The notes beneath the pieces are model-generated. The model did no database searches. It was not told where the DNA came from and worked only from the letters and a program-made list of their open reading frames with translations. A DNA stretch of 64,000 nt from Eledone cirrhosa (taxonomy: Eukaryota). Shown here piece by piece: positions 12,523 to 24,436 of the stretch. The translations under genes and the position numbers were made by a program. The stretch is taken from the NCBI GenBank assembly GCA_964016885.1, contig OZ024740.1:147808001-147872000 (forward strand), read 5' to 3'. Position 1 is the stretch's first letter; each line of letters starts with the position of its first letter.

Positions 12523-12596
12523 GGATGTCCCAAAAATGTATACACACTTTGATTAGAATGTTGTTGAAGTGTGTATGTATTTTTTGGGGCACCCTG
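12521..12596. mobile_element. 76-bp Tc1/mariner-type MITE
   Basis: ~30-bp imperfect TIRs CAGGATGTCCCAAAAATGTATACACACTT / AAGTGTGTATGTATTTTTTGGGGCACCCTG inside a TA tract. Confidence 0.7.
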
Positions 12597-13356
12597 TATA
12601 TACATATACGAGATATGCATACATATACAGATATATATGTATGCATGTATTATACACACACACATACACATATATATATATGTGTATGTGCGCGAGCTTG
12701 TGTGTGTGTGTATGTGCATACGCATACCCGCATATATATATATATATACCCACATTGTAACTATTGAACTAGATGAACTTTTCAGCACGTTCTGCTACCT
12801 TCTACTCAATTATCTAGGCAGCCTCCTGTAATGATACATTCTGTTTTACTTTTACCAAACCACATCATCATTAGGCACCGTACCAGTCACCCCTGGTTTT
12901 CAACGGACAGTTCTTTTGATCGAGGTATTCATCCTTGAACATTATACAAAAGTATCACACCTTAAAGCACTTCCTTGGGTCAGAACGTTTACAATTGTTA
13001 TAGAAAAATCTAGTATTAGTGGCTATGCCCTGCAATTATTCACTTGGTTAGTTCTATATGCATCGCTGTCATGCTAGCTAAACTAACAATACAAGAAGGT
13101 GACGAGCACAATAACCACGTTTCTCCGCCTCTATTCACCAAGCATGAACATAGGGCAGTCAAGTGAACTTTCGAGAATAAGCTAATCTACCGTTACATTA
13201 AGAAAATAAAAAAAAAAGCTTTCTTAAATTTTGGATGAATTACTTAGAGCATATCTTTATACAAACTTGTTAAGTTTGTATCAATTATGCACTGATCATA
13301 CCTGTCATCCTATTATCAGTTTGTATGTTAATACATACATATATACGCATATACAT

Positions 13357-13455
<99 letters not shown>

Positions 13456-13546
13456 AGTAAAATGACAGGAGGCTGGACTGGTGAAATTCCTTCAAAGATG
13501 TATTACAAACACTATGCATATTTCAGTGGTGAACCAACAAACCTAA

Positions 13547-13577
<31 letters not shown>

Positions 13578-14348
13578 ACATGTCTCAAGACTGGACTTCA
13601 TAAACTATATATCTATCTTTACAATGAGTACTCATTCTCGCGACCGTCACATACACAAACATACATACACACGCACGCGGACATACTCATATATGTATGC
13701 ATGTATGTATGTATGTATGTGTGTATGTATGTCTGTGAGGTTATTATGAATAACTAATTATTTGAGTATGGATGTGGGGGTCAGCAAGCGAAAGACAGAC
13801 ATACAGACAGACCGTTAGCTATAGCGTGTAAAAGAGCATGAGTTTATGTACGATTGAGTTTGCATCTGTAATAAATGTGTCAGAATGTACTTATGCACAG
13901 GTTCACATATTTATTACTTGATTTATAAATTTGCTACAAATCGCTGCTATGTCATTCTTCACGAAAATACTTCCTTTTTTTATTTTATATTATATATATT
14001 ATTTATATTTATGAATTACTGTTCATAGGTACACCATTCATATTTAGAAATTACTGAGCCTAACTGTTTAAAATAACACACAGATATACTGCATAAGAGG
14101 CTGACAATTTCACTTTCTAGACAAATAGACGCCTTATTAAATATCAAATGGCTAATCTGTCTAAAGAACGGAATAAAGTGTCTGGCTGCTGTCATTTTGG
14201 AGTTTCTTTCCTCTTCAGGTGTGAACAACTATCAAAATTATAGGGAAGATAACTTTGATCCCAGTATTTATCGTTTATGAATTAGAAACGAAATCTGATT
14301 AATCCAATTATATATATATATATATATATTTGGTGCACGTATTATACG

Positions 14349-14456
14349 TATGTATGTATGTATGTATGTATGTATGTATGTATGTATGTATGTATGTATG
14401 TATGTATGTATGTATGTATGTATGTATGTATGTATATATGTATGTATGTATGTATG
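14349..14456. repeat. (TATG)n microsatellite
   Basis: Directly visible. Confidence 0.95.
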
Positions 14457-14923
14457 CTTGTAGGTAGGTACGTGTTTCAGGTGTAAATACATGAGTGAGG
14501 GAGAGATGAATAATTACACACACACTCACACACACAACCGCACAGACTCTCTCTCTCCCTCTCTCTCTCTCTCGCACGCACACGCACAGACACACACGCA
14601 CACGCACACACATATATATATATGAATATGTATGTGAGTGTATGTATCTATTTGAATATAATTGTATTTCTGTGAGTGGAATCTGGTGTTCAAAACAACT
14701 GGTAATGAGAGATATAATTGTGAAGATCTTACAGAAATTACATTTAAGATTGAAAAGCTCCCCAGGGCAACATATAAGATTAAAGCAATAATGAAATTCA
14801 CCATAACAGACTACTGTTATATGGATTGGCAAACAATGTATGCATGTATGCATGTATGCATGTATGTATGTATGTATGCGAATATACCTATGCGTATATG
14901 CATAAATATATACATATCATGAT

Positions 14924-15057
<134 letters not shown>

Positions 15058-15188
15058 TAGGAGGTGAGTTTTATTGTAGTACAATAAAGCAATGCAGATA
15101 TCGGATAAGAAGCACTCTACAGTTTGTAGGACTGGAGTATACATAATATATAAGATCAAAAGATGGTTAAAGGAGTTCCATTCAGGAG

Positions 15189-15253
15189 TTTATTATGCGC
15201 ATTTCAAAAACAAACATCATCATGCAATAATATTTGTGTTTTCATCAGATAAA
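15189..15253 (-). ncRNA. Type I hammerhead ribozyme (mirror copy of 15367-15433)
   Basis: Minus strand UUUAU-CUGAUGA-stem II-GAAA-UGCGCA-UA-AUAAA. Confidence 0.8.
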
Positions 15254-15366
15254 ACAGGAGAACATGAAGGCTAAAAAACACTTGTGGATAGTGCAGTTTT
15301 ATGATATGTTGATTTAAAACTGCACTATCCACAAGTGTTTTTTAGCCTTCATATCATGTTCTCCTG

Positions 15367-15433
15367 TTTTATCTGATGAAAACACAAATATTATTGCATG
15401 ATGATGTTTGTTTTTGAAATGCGCATAATAAAA
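15367..15433 (+). ncRNA. Type I hammerhead ribozyme with palindromic stem III
   Basis: TTTTAT-CTGATGA-AAACACAAATATTATTGCATGATGATGTTTGTTTTT-GAAA-TGCGCA-TA-ATAAAA. Confidence 0.82.
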
Positions 15434-15467
15434 TACATGGAACTCCTTTAACCATTTTTTGATCTTA

Positions 15468-15532
<65 letters not shown>

Positions 15533-15739
15533 ATATATATATGTATATATATATAATAATAAAGTATGTGTTCCTACGTGTAAAAAATACAAATAGGGAT
15601 ATAAGTATTATCCAACCGTATGCCAATGTGGTTCTATTGCAGGTTAATAAATTAACGAGCCAGAACATATAAAAACAGTTTTGTATGGCGTCAGTTTGTG
15701 ATTTGAACTCGGGAATTTTATATTCTCCGAGCGAAAAGA

Positions 15740-15823
15740 ACCTTCTGACGAGAATCCCCTTCTCAATGGTGGTCCGCCTGGATTATCCATTTATTTGGGG
15801 ATTTGAAACCGCGCGGTAAGGGT
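15740..15823 (+). ncRNA. Type I hammerhead ribozyme
   Basis: ACCTT-CTGACGA-GAATCCCC...GGGGATTT-GAAA-CCGCGCGG-TA-AGGGT; self-complementary stem III. Confidence 0.85.
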
Positions 15824-15905
15824 ACATATAGCAAACATATGTAAGTACATATAGCAAACTTTTAAACATTCATTTAAAATCTTTTTCTCTATTTGCTAAA
15901 CCTTG

Positions 15906-15909
<4 letters not shown>

Positions 15910-15999
<90 letters not shown>
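15910..15999. repeat. (TA)n microsatellite
   Basis: Directly visible. Confidence 0.95.
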
Positions 16000-16003
<4 letters not shown>

Positions 16004-16044
16004 AGAAACATAAGTCAATTGCATGAACTCATAATCCTTTATTT

Positions 16045-16100
16045 ACTGCTATATATATTTCGATGATAGCCATTGAATGGCTATGACCTCATCAGGCAGT
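16045..16100 (-). ncRNA. Type I hammerhead ribozyme
   Basis: Minus strand ACUGC-CUGAUGA-GGUCAUAGCCAUUCAAUGGCUAUCAUC-GAAA-UAUAUA-UA-GCAGU. Confidence 0.88.
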
Positions 16101-16161
16101 TAGTCAGTTTTTAGATATGCCAGCTCTGTGTTTATAGTGTTGATGGTATAAGAGCCTTGGG

Positions 16162-16192
<31 letters not shown>

Positions 16193-16266
16193 GTTATACT
16201 TTGGGAGGGTTATGTTGCCAATAAGAAACACGCGCACCAGTTGCTTTCACTCGAATTTATTATAAA

Positions 16267-17062
16267 CTAGTAGTGGTACCCGGCGTAGCACGGGATAAGG
16301 TATTTTGGAACGCGGGCCGCCAACAGACCTAATCGTTGAAAAACTGCATGCCTGGACAATATGTAAAGAAAATAAACCGAATACTCTGATGGCTGGATAA
16401 TCTTTAAGATTTTCCTCGATGAAGCAGGAAAAATGCAGGTTTTCACCTAATGCGAGCCCTAGGGGATCAAGAAAATAAATATTTTTTATGTGCTTACGGA
16501 ATGAAGAAGAGACTGACTAATACATAATTACAATTTCAAGGAAATCGGTCTGATGTAACGCCTCAAAAAAACCCTAAAAAGCTTAAAAAACGCAGTTTTT
16601 CACTTAATGCCAGCCCTAGGAGATCGAAAAGTTGAATTTTATGTGCATAACACTCCCTGAAACATAAGTAATACACATGTAAAGTTTGAAAAAAATCGGT
16701 TGGGTACTTCTCGAATTTTACGGATTCAAACTCACAGACAAACACACACACAGACAGACATCCTCAGGGAAGTGACGTAATGCAGACAGTCACACATACA
16801 GACAGATATTATAAGGGCGCGACGTTATATGTATGTATGTATCTAAAAGAGAAAGACTAAGAATTATAGAGAGAGATCGCTAAATCGCCTAATTACTGTC
16901 CCTATCTCATTGAAAATTTGAAATTCTTTTTGCTCAGAACACTCCCTGAAACATAAGTATTACATGTGTAAAAATTGAAAACAGTCGGTTGGGTGGTTCT
17001 CAAGTTTTAGGGATTCAAACTCACACACACACAGACAGACATCCTCAGTTTTATATATATAT
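16267..17062 (-). mobile_element. Non-autonomous Helitron
   Basis: Minus-strand 3' end CCCGTGCTACGCCGGG hairpin + CTAG then T; 5' end TATATATAAAACTGAGGATGTCTGTCTG; no TSD; internal ~130-bp duplication; related to 39405-40365. Confidence 0.85.
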
Positions 17063-17143
17063 AAATTAAATTTATAAATTTAAGAAATTTGTACATTTGC
17101 GGTTGGTTGGTTGGTTCCACAACCGGACGGTTGTTCATATATT

Positions 17144-17186
17144 GTCAAAGTTCTTTCGTCACACATTCTGTGATCTCATCAGTGAC
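17144..17186 (-). ncRNA. Minimal type I hammerhead ribozyme (homologue of 3757-3799)
   Basis: GUCA-CUGAUGA-GAUCACAGAAUGUGUGAC-GAAA-GAAC-UU-UGAC; differs from the 3757 copy only at the free position N7. Confidence 0.82.
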
Positions 17187-17329
17187 TGGGGATTATTTTC
17201 TTTGTTTTGTGCCTCTCCTTTGCTCTGCCCTACGCCATCTTGTTTTTTTGTGTGTTGTGTGCTTAGTTTCCGCATGTGTTACATCCGGGTGTCTGTGTGT
17301 GTTTTTATTTGTTTATTTACACGTTACTA

Positions 17330-17385
<56 letters not shown>

Positions 17386-17413
17386 ATGTATATATGTGTG
17401 TATATATATATAT

Positions 17414-17456
<43 letters not shown>

Positions 17457-17564
17457 AAAAAAAATGAAAAGAATGACTTCACTTGTAGTGTTAAAAAAAT
17501 TTTGGATTCTATTTTATAATATTATAATATTATGAGTTGGTAGATCCAGTTATATATATATATC

Positions 17565-17917
17565 TATTGTTATACTTGGGAAGGGTCATATGGTTGTAAT
17601 AATATTGCCATAAATAATAACAGAACACACTCACTGCTTGGTTGGTTTTCGCTTCTGTATTTTTTATATCTCCACAGTTAATTCATTTGGCCATCAATGT
17701 TTATCACTGACTGACCAACGGTCAAAAATACAGATATAAATACATATATATAGTCGAACAAAGTTCTTTCGTTGCACATCTGCAACATCATCAGTGGTAC
17801 TATTATGTTTCCTCCTGTTGTATTGTATGTCTACGCCATTTTTATTTTATCTGTTTATTTATTTATTTATTTTTGTCTTCTTCTCTGCGCATATGACCCT
17901 CCCCAAGTATAACAATA
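17565..17917 (-). mobile_element. pLTR-like module with 28-bp inverted ends, related to the 3611 family
   Basis: TATTGTTATACTTGGGAAGGGTCATATG ... CATATGACCCTCCCCAAGTATAACAATA; internal hammerhead. Confidence 0.7.
17757..17798 (-). ncRNA. Minimal type I hammerhead ribozyme
   Basis: ACCA-CUGAUGA-UGUUGCAGAUGUGCAAC-GAAA-GAAC-UU-UGUU; stem II differs in sequence from the 3757/17144 copies but still pairs; stem I has one mismatch. Confidence 0.75.
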
Positions 17918-17956
17918 TTTCTTTCGACACACGATTTCATATAAAAAATCTCGCAA

Positions 17957-18007
<51 letters not shown>

Positions 18008-18012
<5 letters not shown>

Positions 18013-18294
18013 TTAGTTAAGCAAAACAAGACCACAAATTTCACAAGGAGACATTATTAAAAGATTGTCAACATATTTTAGTTTGATGTAAGGAATGTAG
18101 AGAATAATAATAATAATCATCTGATCCAGAAATATTATATGGAGTAGGGAAACATTTGTAAACGGGCATTATTATTATTAATATTATTATTATTATTCTC
18201 TACATTCCTTACATCAAACTAAAATATGTTGACAATCTTTTAATAATGTCTTCCTTGTGAAATTTGTGGTCTTGTTTTGCTTAACTAATGAATA
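18008..18294. repeat. Inverted duplication (~110-bp arms, ~50-bp spacer)
   Basis: CATTAGTTAAGCAAAACAAGACC...GAGAATAATAAT versus ATTATTCTCTAC...GCTTAACTAATG. Confidence 0.9.
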
Positions 18295-18446
18295 TTTCCA
18301 GCTCTGCGCACCTAACTTCTGCATGAACCCAGCCACCTAGCTGCTTTCCACTGCATATTGCACATTGAGCACATGCCTTTACGCTTTGGCTTCTAACTAA
18401 TTCACCAATCTCTCCTCTCCTATCTCTATCTCTCTCTTTAAGATTG

Positions 18447-18459
18447 GTTACTCTTGAAC

Positions 18460-18527
<68 letters not shown>

Positions 18528-18627
18528 CATATATACATATATATATACATACATATATACATATATATATACATACATATATACATATATATATACATAC
18601 ATACATACATATATACATACATACATA

Positions 18628-18677
<50 letters not shown>
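18447..18677. repeat. (TA)n/(TACA) compound microsatellite
   Basis: Directly visible. Confidence 0.95.
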
Positions 18678-18681
<4 letters not shown>

Positions 18682-18792
18682 TAAACGAAATAGAAAATGC
18701 TGACAATTTGTTCACAGTTGAAAAATGGTTTAATTAGGAAGTATTAATAATGGTATGGGTTAGTATTCAGTTGTGGTTTTAAGTTTTTAAGT

Positions 18793-18829
18793 TTTTACCG
18801 GTTGCGCATTTCTAAATGCTTTTCAAAAA
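18793..18829 (-). ncRNA. Variant hammerhead-like motif (UUGAAAA core, GCAA for GAAA)
   Basis: UUU-UUGAAAA-GCAUUUAGAAAUGC-GCAA-CCGG-UA-AAA; parallels the motif at 32709. Confidence 0.5.
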
Positions 18830-19257
18830 TAATTTTGAGAGATAGAGTGTCCGTGTTGTTTGCTCTGATCTGATTAGTTTTGGGAATTCTACCTGTTTTT
18901 ATGTTAAAAAAAGTGGCTCCAGCGCTACTTTGGTGTTGCAAAAATTCTTGTGGTCAAAACAATTTTGATTGGTCGGTAGAGGTCATGTGAATGTAAAAAA
19001 ATTGATTTTGCGCCAAGACTGGTTTTATGTTAAAAAAGTGGCTCCAGCGCTACTTGGTGTTTGCAAAAATTCTTGTGGTCAAAACAATTTTGATTGGTCG
19101 GTAGAGGTCATGTGAATAAAAAATTGATTTTGCGCCAAGACTGAGAAATTACTCTTTCACAACAAATATGTGTGTGTGTGTGTGTAGTAGTAGTAGTAAG
19201 GTGTTCGATGTTGTGATAATGGTTAGCAGGGATGTGTGTCAAATGGCTATTAAGATA

Positions 19258-19291
<34 letters not shown>

Positions 19292-19488
19292 GCAGAGTAA
19301 TTCGTGGTAGCAGGGATGGTCAGTAGAAATGTGTCTGTAAGCAGGGGGGGGGGGTATTTTAGCATGTCAAAAGATATTTTTCAGCTTTTGCCTTATACGG
19401 AGAAATGTGTGTGTGTGTGTATAAGTCTCTTTGTATGTTAATGTACGCGTGTGTATGTGTGTGTGTGTGTGTATATATGTGTGTGGGT

Positions 19489-19537
<49 letters not shown>

Positions 19538-20043
19538 AATGTGTGTGTGTGTGTGTGTGGGTGGACCAGTATGTTTTCCCCCTGGTAGAATGGTGTACAT
19601 TAACCGATTTTTTCAGTAAAATCGGTTCTCTTAATAGAATATCAAAAATCTTAACAATAAAAGGTGTGAAATGATATTCACTATATATACATATATATAT
19701 ATACTATATATACACCTTTTATTGTTAAGATTTTTGATGTTCTATTAAGAGAACCGATTTTACTGAAAAAATCGAATAATGTACACCATTCTACCAGGGG
19801 GAAAAAATACTGGTCCACCCACACACATTCTCTCACACACACACACACACACACATATATATACACACACACACACACACATACACACGCGTAAATTAAC
19901 ATACAAAGAGACTTATACACACACACACACACACTTCTCCGTATAAGACAAAAGCTGAAAAATATCTGTTGACATGCTAAAATACCTCCCACTGCTTACA
20001 GACACATTTCTACTGACCATCCTTGCTACCACGAATTACTCTG

Positions 20044-20123
<80 letters not shown>

Positions 20124-20194
20124 TTATCTTAATAGTCATTTGACACACATCCCTGCTAACCATTATCACAACATCGAACACCTTACTACTACTA

Positions 20195-20228
<34 letters not shown>

Positions 20229-20561
20229 TTGTTGTGAAAGAGTAATTTCTCAGTCTTGGCGCAAAATCAATTTTTTATTCACATGACCTCTACCGACCAA
20301 TCAAAATTGTTTTGACCACAAGAATTTTTACAAACACCAAGTAGCGCTGGAGCCACTTTTTTAACATAAAACCAGTCTTGGCGCAAAATCAATTTTTTAC
20401 ATTCACATGACCTCTACCGACCAATCAAAATTGTTTTGACCACAAGAATTTTTGCAACACCAAAGTAGCGCTGGAGCCACTTTTTTAACATAAAAACAGG
20501 TAGAATTCCCAAAACTAATCAGATCAGAGCAAACAACACGGACACTCTATCTCAAAATTAC

Positions 20562-20597
20562 TTTTGAAAAGCATTTAGAAATGCGCAACCGGTAAAA
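20562..20597 (+). ncRNA. Variant hammerhead-like motif (mirror copy of 18793)
   Basis: TT-TTGAAAA-GCATTTAGAAATGC-GCAA-CCGG-TA-AAA. Confidence 0.5.
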
Positions 20598-20746
20598 ACT
20601 TAAAACCACAACTGAATACTAACCCATACCATTATTAATACTCTTTTCATCCTAATTAAACCATTTTTCAACTGTGAACAATTTGTCAGCATTTTCTATT
20701 CCGTTTACCAATATATAATAACTTGTGTGTTACACCTCTATTCTTT

Positions 20747-20807
<61 letters not shown>

Positions 20808-20886
20808 CGAAGGAAATGTGGTAAGGAACCAGATGGACCATAACGCACCAACGTACTCAATACTTAGGGTAGTAGAGTGAGTAATA

Positions 20887-21639
20887 GGAACAAGTATGAC
20901 CCCGAGGGCAGAGCTCAAGCCGTTTCGACGGCTAATTCTGGACTAAATAAGAATTTTTAGCCTGGTAAATAAATAGCCAAACTTCTCAGGGGGTAATTCC
21001 TTATATGGGAAGATATTAATTGTCCAAAGCATTGGCTGATTACTAACTAACTATCTATAGCAGTGGTGTTAGACCAGCTTTATAAAATTCCAGCCTTATA
21101 AAATTCTTTCACTACAATCTCGTATTTAGTATTTTTCTCCACCTATTAAACTTTTCTATAGCTTAGCAATACCAATGAGAGATTTGGTGATTGTGGAAGA
21201 GGAGTAGTAACCAGAAATTGTTTTTTATATATTTATTTCCTTATTTTTATAATGGTTTCGTTGTTTACTCCCTTTCTATTTACCTACTCTTTCACCCCGC
21301 CCCCCTTCGCCAGTACTCTTTTCTCGACCTTCTATACACTATCCTTAGAATCTGCTGTATAGATTTCATTTTCAACGCTTGACTGGGTTTCCCTCACTCC
21401 CTCTTTGTTCTACCGGCAAGTTCAGCTACCCCTACCTCCCACCAAATGCCATGATAGAATCATCTGTCTTTACAACACATTTTTGACCAATCCTTTTGAC
21501 AATTACTATCTTCCCATATAAGGAATCCCCCCCCCCCCCCGAGAAGTTCGGTTTTTTATTTACCAGGCTAAAAATTCTTATTTAGACCATAATTAGCCGT
21601 CGAAACGGCTTGAGCTCTGCCGTCGGGGTCATACTTGTT

Positions 21640-21641
<2 letters not shown>
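20887..21641. mobile_element. Module with ~150-bp diverged inverted arms, each carrying a degenerate hammerhead-like motif (20900-20993 minus; 21535-21628 plus)
   Basis: CCCC-C(T)GAGAAG-TT.GG...TAGCCGTC-GAAA-CGGC.TTGAGCTCT.GCCG-TC-GGGG; embedded in (TA)n. Confidence 0.6.
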
Positions 21642-21702
<61 letters not shown>

Positions 21703-21734
21703 ATACATATATATATATATATGCATAAACATAC

Positions 21735-21823
<89 letters not shown>

Positions 21824-21929
21824 CATACATATATATATATACATACATTTTTCGTATCTGGAATACCCTTAAAGAGAGAGCCTTTTGAGAATAAACAATA
21901 TATATATATACATATATATATCTATCTAT

Positions 21930-24436
21930 CTAAGGCGGGTAACATTCCCGAGATCCATGGACGAGTTCTCTCCAGCGGTCTCTGTCCCTCATTATCGCTG
22001 CCATGTCCTGCATCTCCAACAGACCAGTGTCTGTCCTTAGGGCATCAACATACGTTAGCCTTGGTCTTCCTCTTCTAGTATGTCCATGTAGGGGCTCCCA
22101 AAGGAGTACTGAGTGCAATGTCAACTCTGGATGTCGGTGAGCATGTCCAGCTAACCCCAGTCTCCTCTGTGTCACTTTTGAGCTGACTTTTGGGATGCTC
22201 CCATACAGCTCTGAGTTTTTCATCCTCAGTGTATACTGATTAATGTTCAGAGCCATCCTCAGCATTCTCGTGTAGCACCCATCCACCATCTGAGTGAGTT
22301 TCTTGGTTAGTGTCCAAGTCTCAGACCCATACAGCAGCACAGACTCCACTACAGCAATGAAGAGGCGGATTTTCAGGTCTCTACGAAGGTCCGACTTCCA
22401 CACCGATCTCAAGCTGTGGCACGCTGCCCAGGCCTTGCTCTTCCTCTCAACCACATCATCCTCCGTATTCCCAATCTTTGCTCCCAAATACAGGAAGTCC
22501 TCAACCAATTCCAGCGGCTTCCCGCCTACATTAGTGATCCCCTCTGGCTTCTCATCATTCTCTACCAGATATTTTGTTTTAGTCTCATTCATTCTCAGCC
22601 CCACACTCATCGACACAGTCTCAACCTCCCGCATCAAATCCTCTGCCTCCTTCACTGTATTTGTCACCAAAACTATGTCGTCGGAAAATTCAGCATCCGA
22701 TACCTTTTTCTCCCTAACTCTCTTGCTCTGAGCCGGTGCTACAGTAAAGCCAGAGTCCTGGTGTTTCTCCAGTGCAAAGCGCATACAATAGTCCACCACG
22801 ATGATAAAAAGGTAGGGAGCCAATGTATCTCCCTGGAGCACTCGAGCCAGTATCTCAAAGAACTCTGTCATCCCATCAGGTGTAATGACTTTGGCTTTGA
22901 TGTTGGTGTAGAGCAGTGATATCAGGTCCACTATCTTCTTGGGGATTCCATAAGCCTGTAAGATCTTCATCAGGCAGTAACGGTCCACAGAATCAAAGGC
23001 CTTCCTAAAGTCAATGAAAACCATGACCGCAGGAAGGCACTTTGCTATAGCTCCCTCTAATATCCTCCTCAGCATCAGGATGTGACTGGTGGTTGATCTA
23101 CCGTCTCTGAAGCCGTTCTGGTTGTCCCTGAGCTTCTTCTCCATCTTAGGCTGGATCCTGTTAAGAATCATCCTGTTGAGGGTCTTTGCCACAAGTGACG
23201 TCAGTGAGATCCCCCGGTAGTTGTTGGTGTTAGAGAGATCTCCCTTCTTTGGCACTGGGACGATGTTACTGATCCTCCACTGATTCGGGGCAACTCCTTT
23301 CTCCAGTGCCCCGTTACAGAACCCCAGGATGATATCATCAAAATCACACCTCTTCATCACCTCTGATGCCACTCCATCTTCTCCATGAGCCTTGCCCTCC
23401 TTGATCCTCTTCTTGGCTCTCTGAAGCTCCTCTCTGGTGAAGGGCTCTGTCTCAACATCCAGTTCCTCAAACAGCCGCCTGATCTCCCCAGTGCATGGGC
23501 TGTGGAGGGTGGCTCTCCTAGTAGGGTCCTAAAATGGTCTAGCCATTTCCTCTTCCTATCCTCGGGCCCCGTTCCCTGGATCTGACTCGAACACCTTCTC
23601 TTCCTCCCTGTGATCTCGTTGATGATCATCCAGCTCTCCTTACATCCAGATCTGTCAACCACTCTCTCCACACTTCTGATCTTCTCTATCAGTGCCTCCT
23701 CTCTGACCTCAGTGTAAGCGGTACAGAGCTCTTCCCTCATCACCTCCACAGTCTCCATCCTCTCCTCCGTAGGATCAGCATAGAATTGGTCCCTGGCAGC
23801 TTTCAGGTGTTCTCTGGCTGCACACACTTTTGGGTTTGCAGAGCTGACGTGCTTCCCTTTGTTCTTTTTCCTCGGCACCAGGGTTTCACTTGCTTCCGCC
23901 ACTGCATTGGTGAAGTGCCCGTACCTCCTCGTCACACTCTCCTCAGTCCATCCAATCTCTCTCTCCTCCGACTCTCCACACAGAGCACTAAACCTGTTTC
24001 TCACTTCCACTGTGAACCTCTCCTGTAGCTTATCATCTTCCTTGAAAGCTCCCCAGTCATAGATTGTTCTCCGGGGCTGAGCCTTGCTCTTTCTTAAGCT
24101 CACGCGGACCTCACTCATAACAAGCCGGTGGTCACTACCCAGTGTACTGAAATAGCTGTATGGTTTCGTGTTCAGAACACTATTCCGCCACTTTTTCCTC
24201 ACCAGAATGAAATCAATCTGGGACTTGGACAGGTGCATATCTGAGATGTAGGTCCACATCTTCCCCAGATTCTTCCTAAACCTTAGGTTGGTCGCCATCA
24301 AGTTCGCCTCCAGCAGGGTGTCTCTCAGTAGTCTTCCATTTCGGTTGGTGTTGTTATGGAAGTACCAGCAAGGATCTTCACTGCCCTCCTTACTCAGATG
24401 TGCATTGAAGTCCCCCAAAACAAGCAGGATGGGTAT
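21930..24436 (-). mobile_element. RTE-clade LINE body: APE endonuclease C-half plus RT, one frameshift near 23.4-23.5 kb
   Basis: GDFNAH, QIDFILV, LGSDHRLV (APE); PVPKKGD, YRGISLTS, FIDFRKAFDSV, QGDTLAP, EFSDDIV, FLYLG (RT); (AGAT)n tail directly after the stop codon. Confidence 0.96.

Larger units (their letters stand above)
15146..15472. repeat. Inverted duplication (~155-bp arms) of a hammerhead-bearing module
   Basis: 15146-15301 is the reverse complement of 15315-15472, with small indels. Confidence 0.9.
16195..17330 (-). mobile_element. Solo Penelope pLTR (same family as 3611-3950) split by a Helitron
   Basis: 16195-16266 joined to 17063-17330 reconstitutes the 3611-3950 sequence. Confidence 0.8.
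18678..20712. repeat. ~2-kb fold-back: ~1-kb module and its inverted copy; third copy at 28365-29248
   Basis: 18678-19668 is the reverse complement of 19711-20712, including a shared internal ~125-bp tandem duplication. Confidence 0.92.

Noticed and set aside
13505-13545. GAAA-TATGCA-TA on the minus strand in a small inter-TA island
   Set aside because: The 5' core and stem II are missing; probably truncated, so it cannot be called.
18220-18280. TTGACAA...GAAA...GTC as another U3-A8 hammerhead
   Set aside because: Stems I and II do not pair convincingly.
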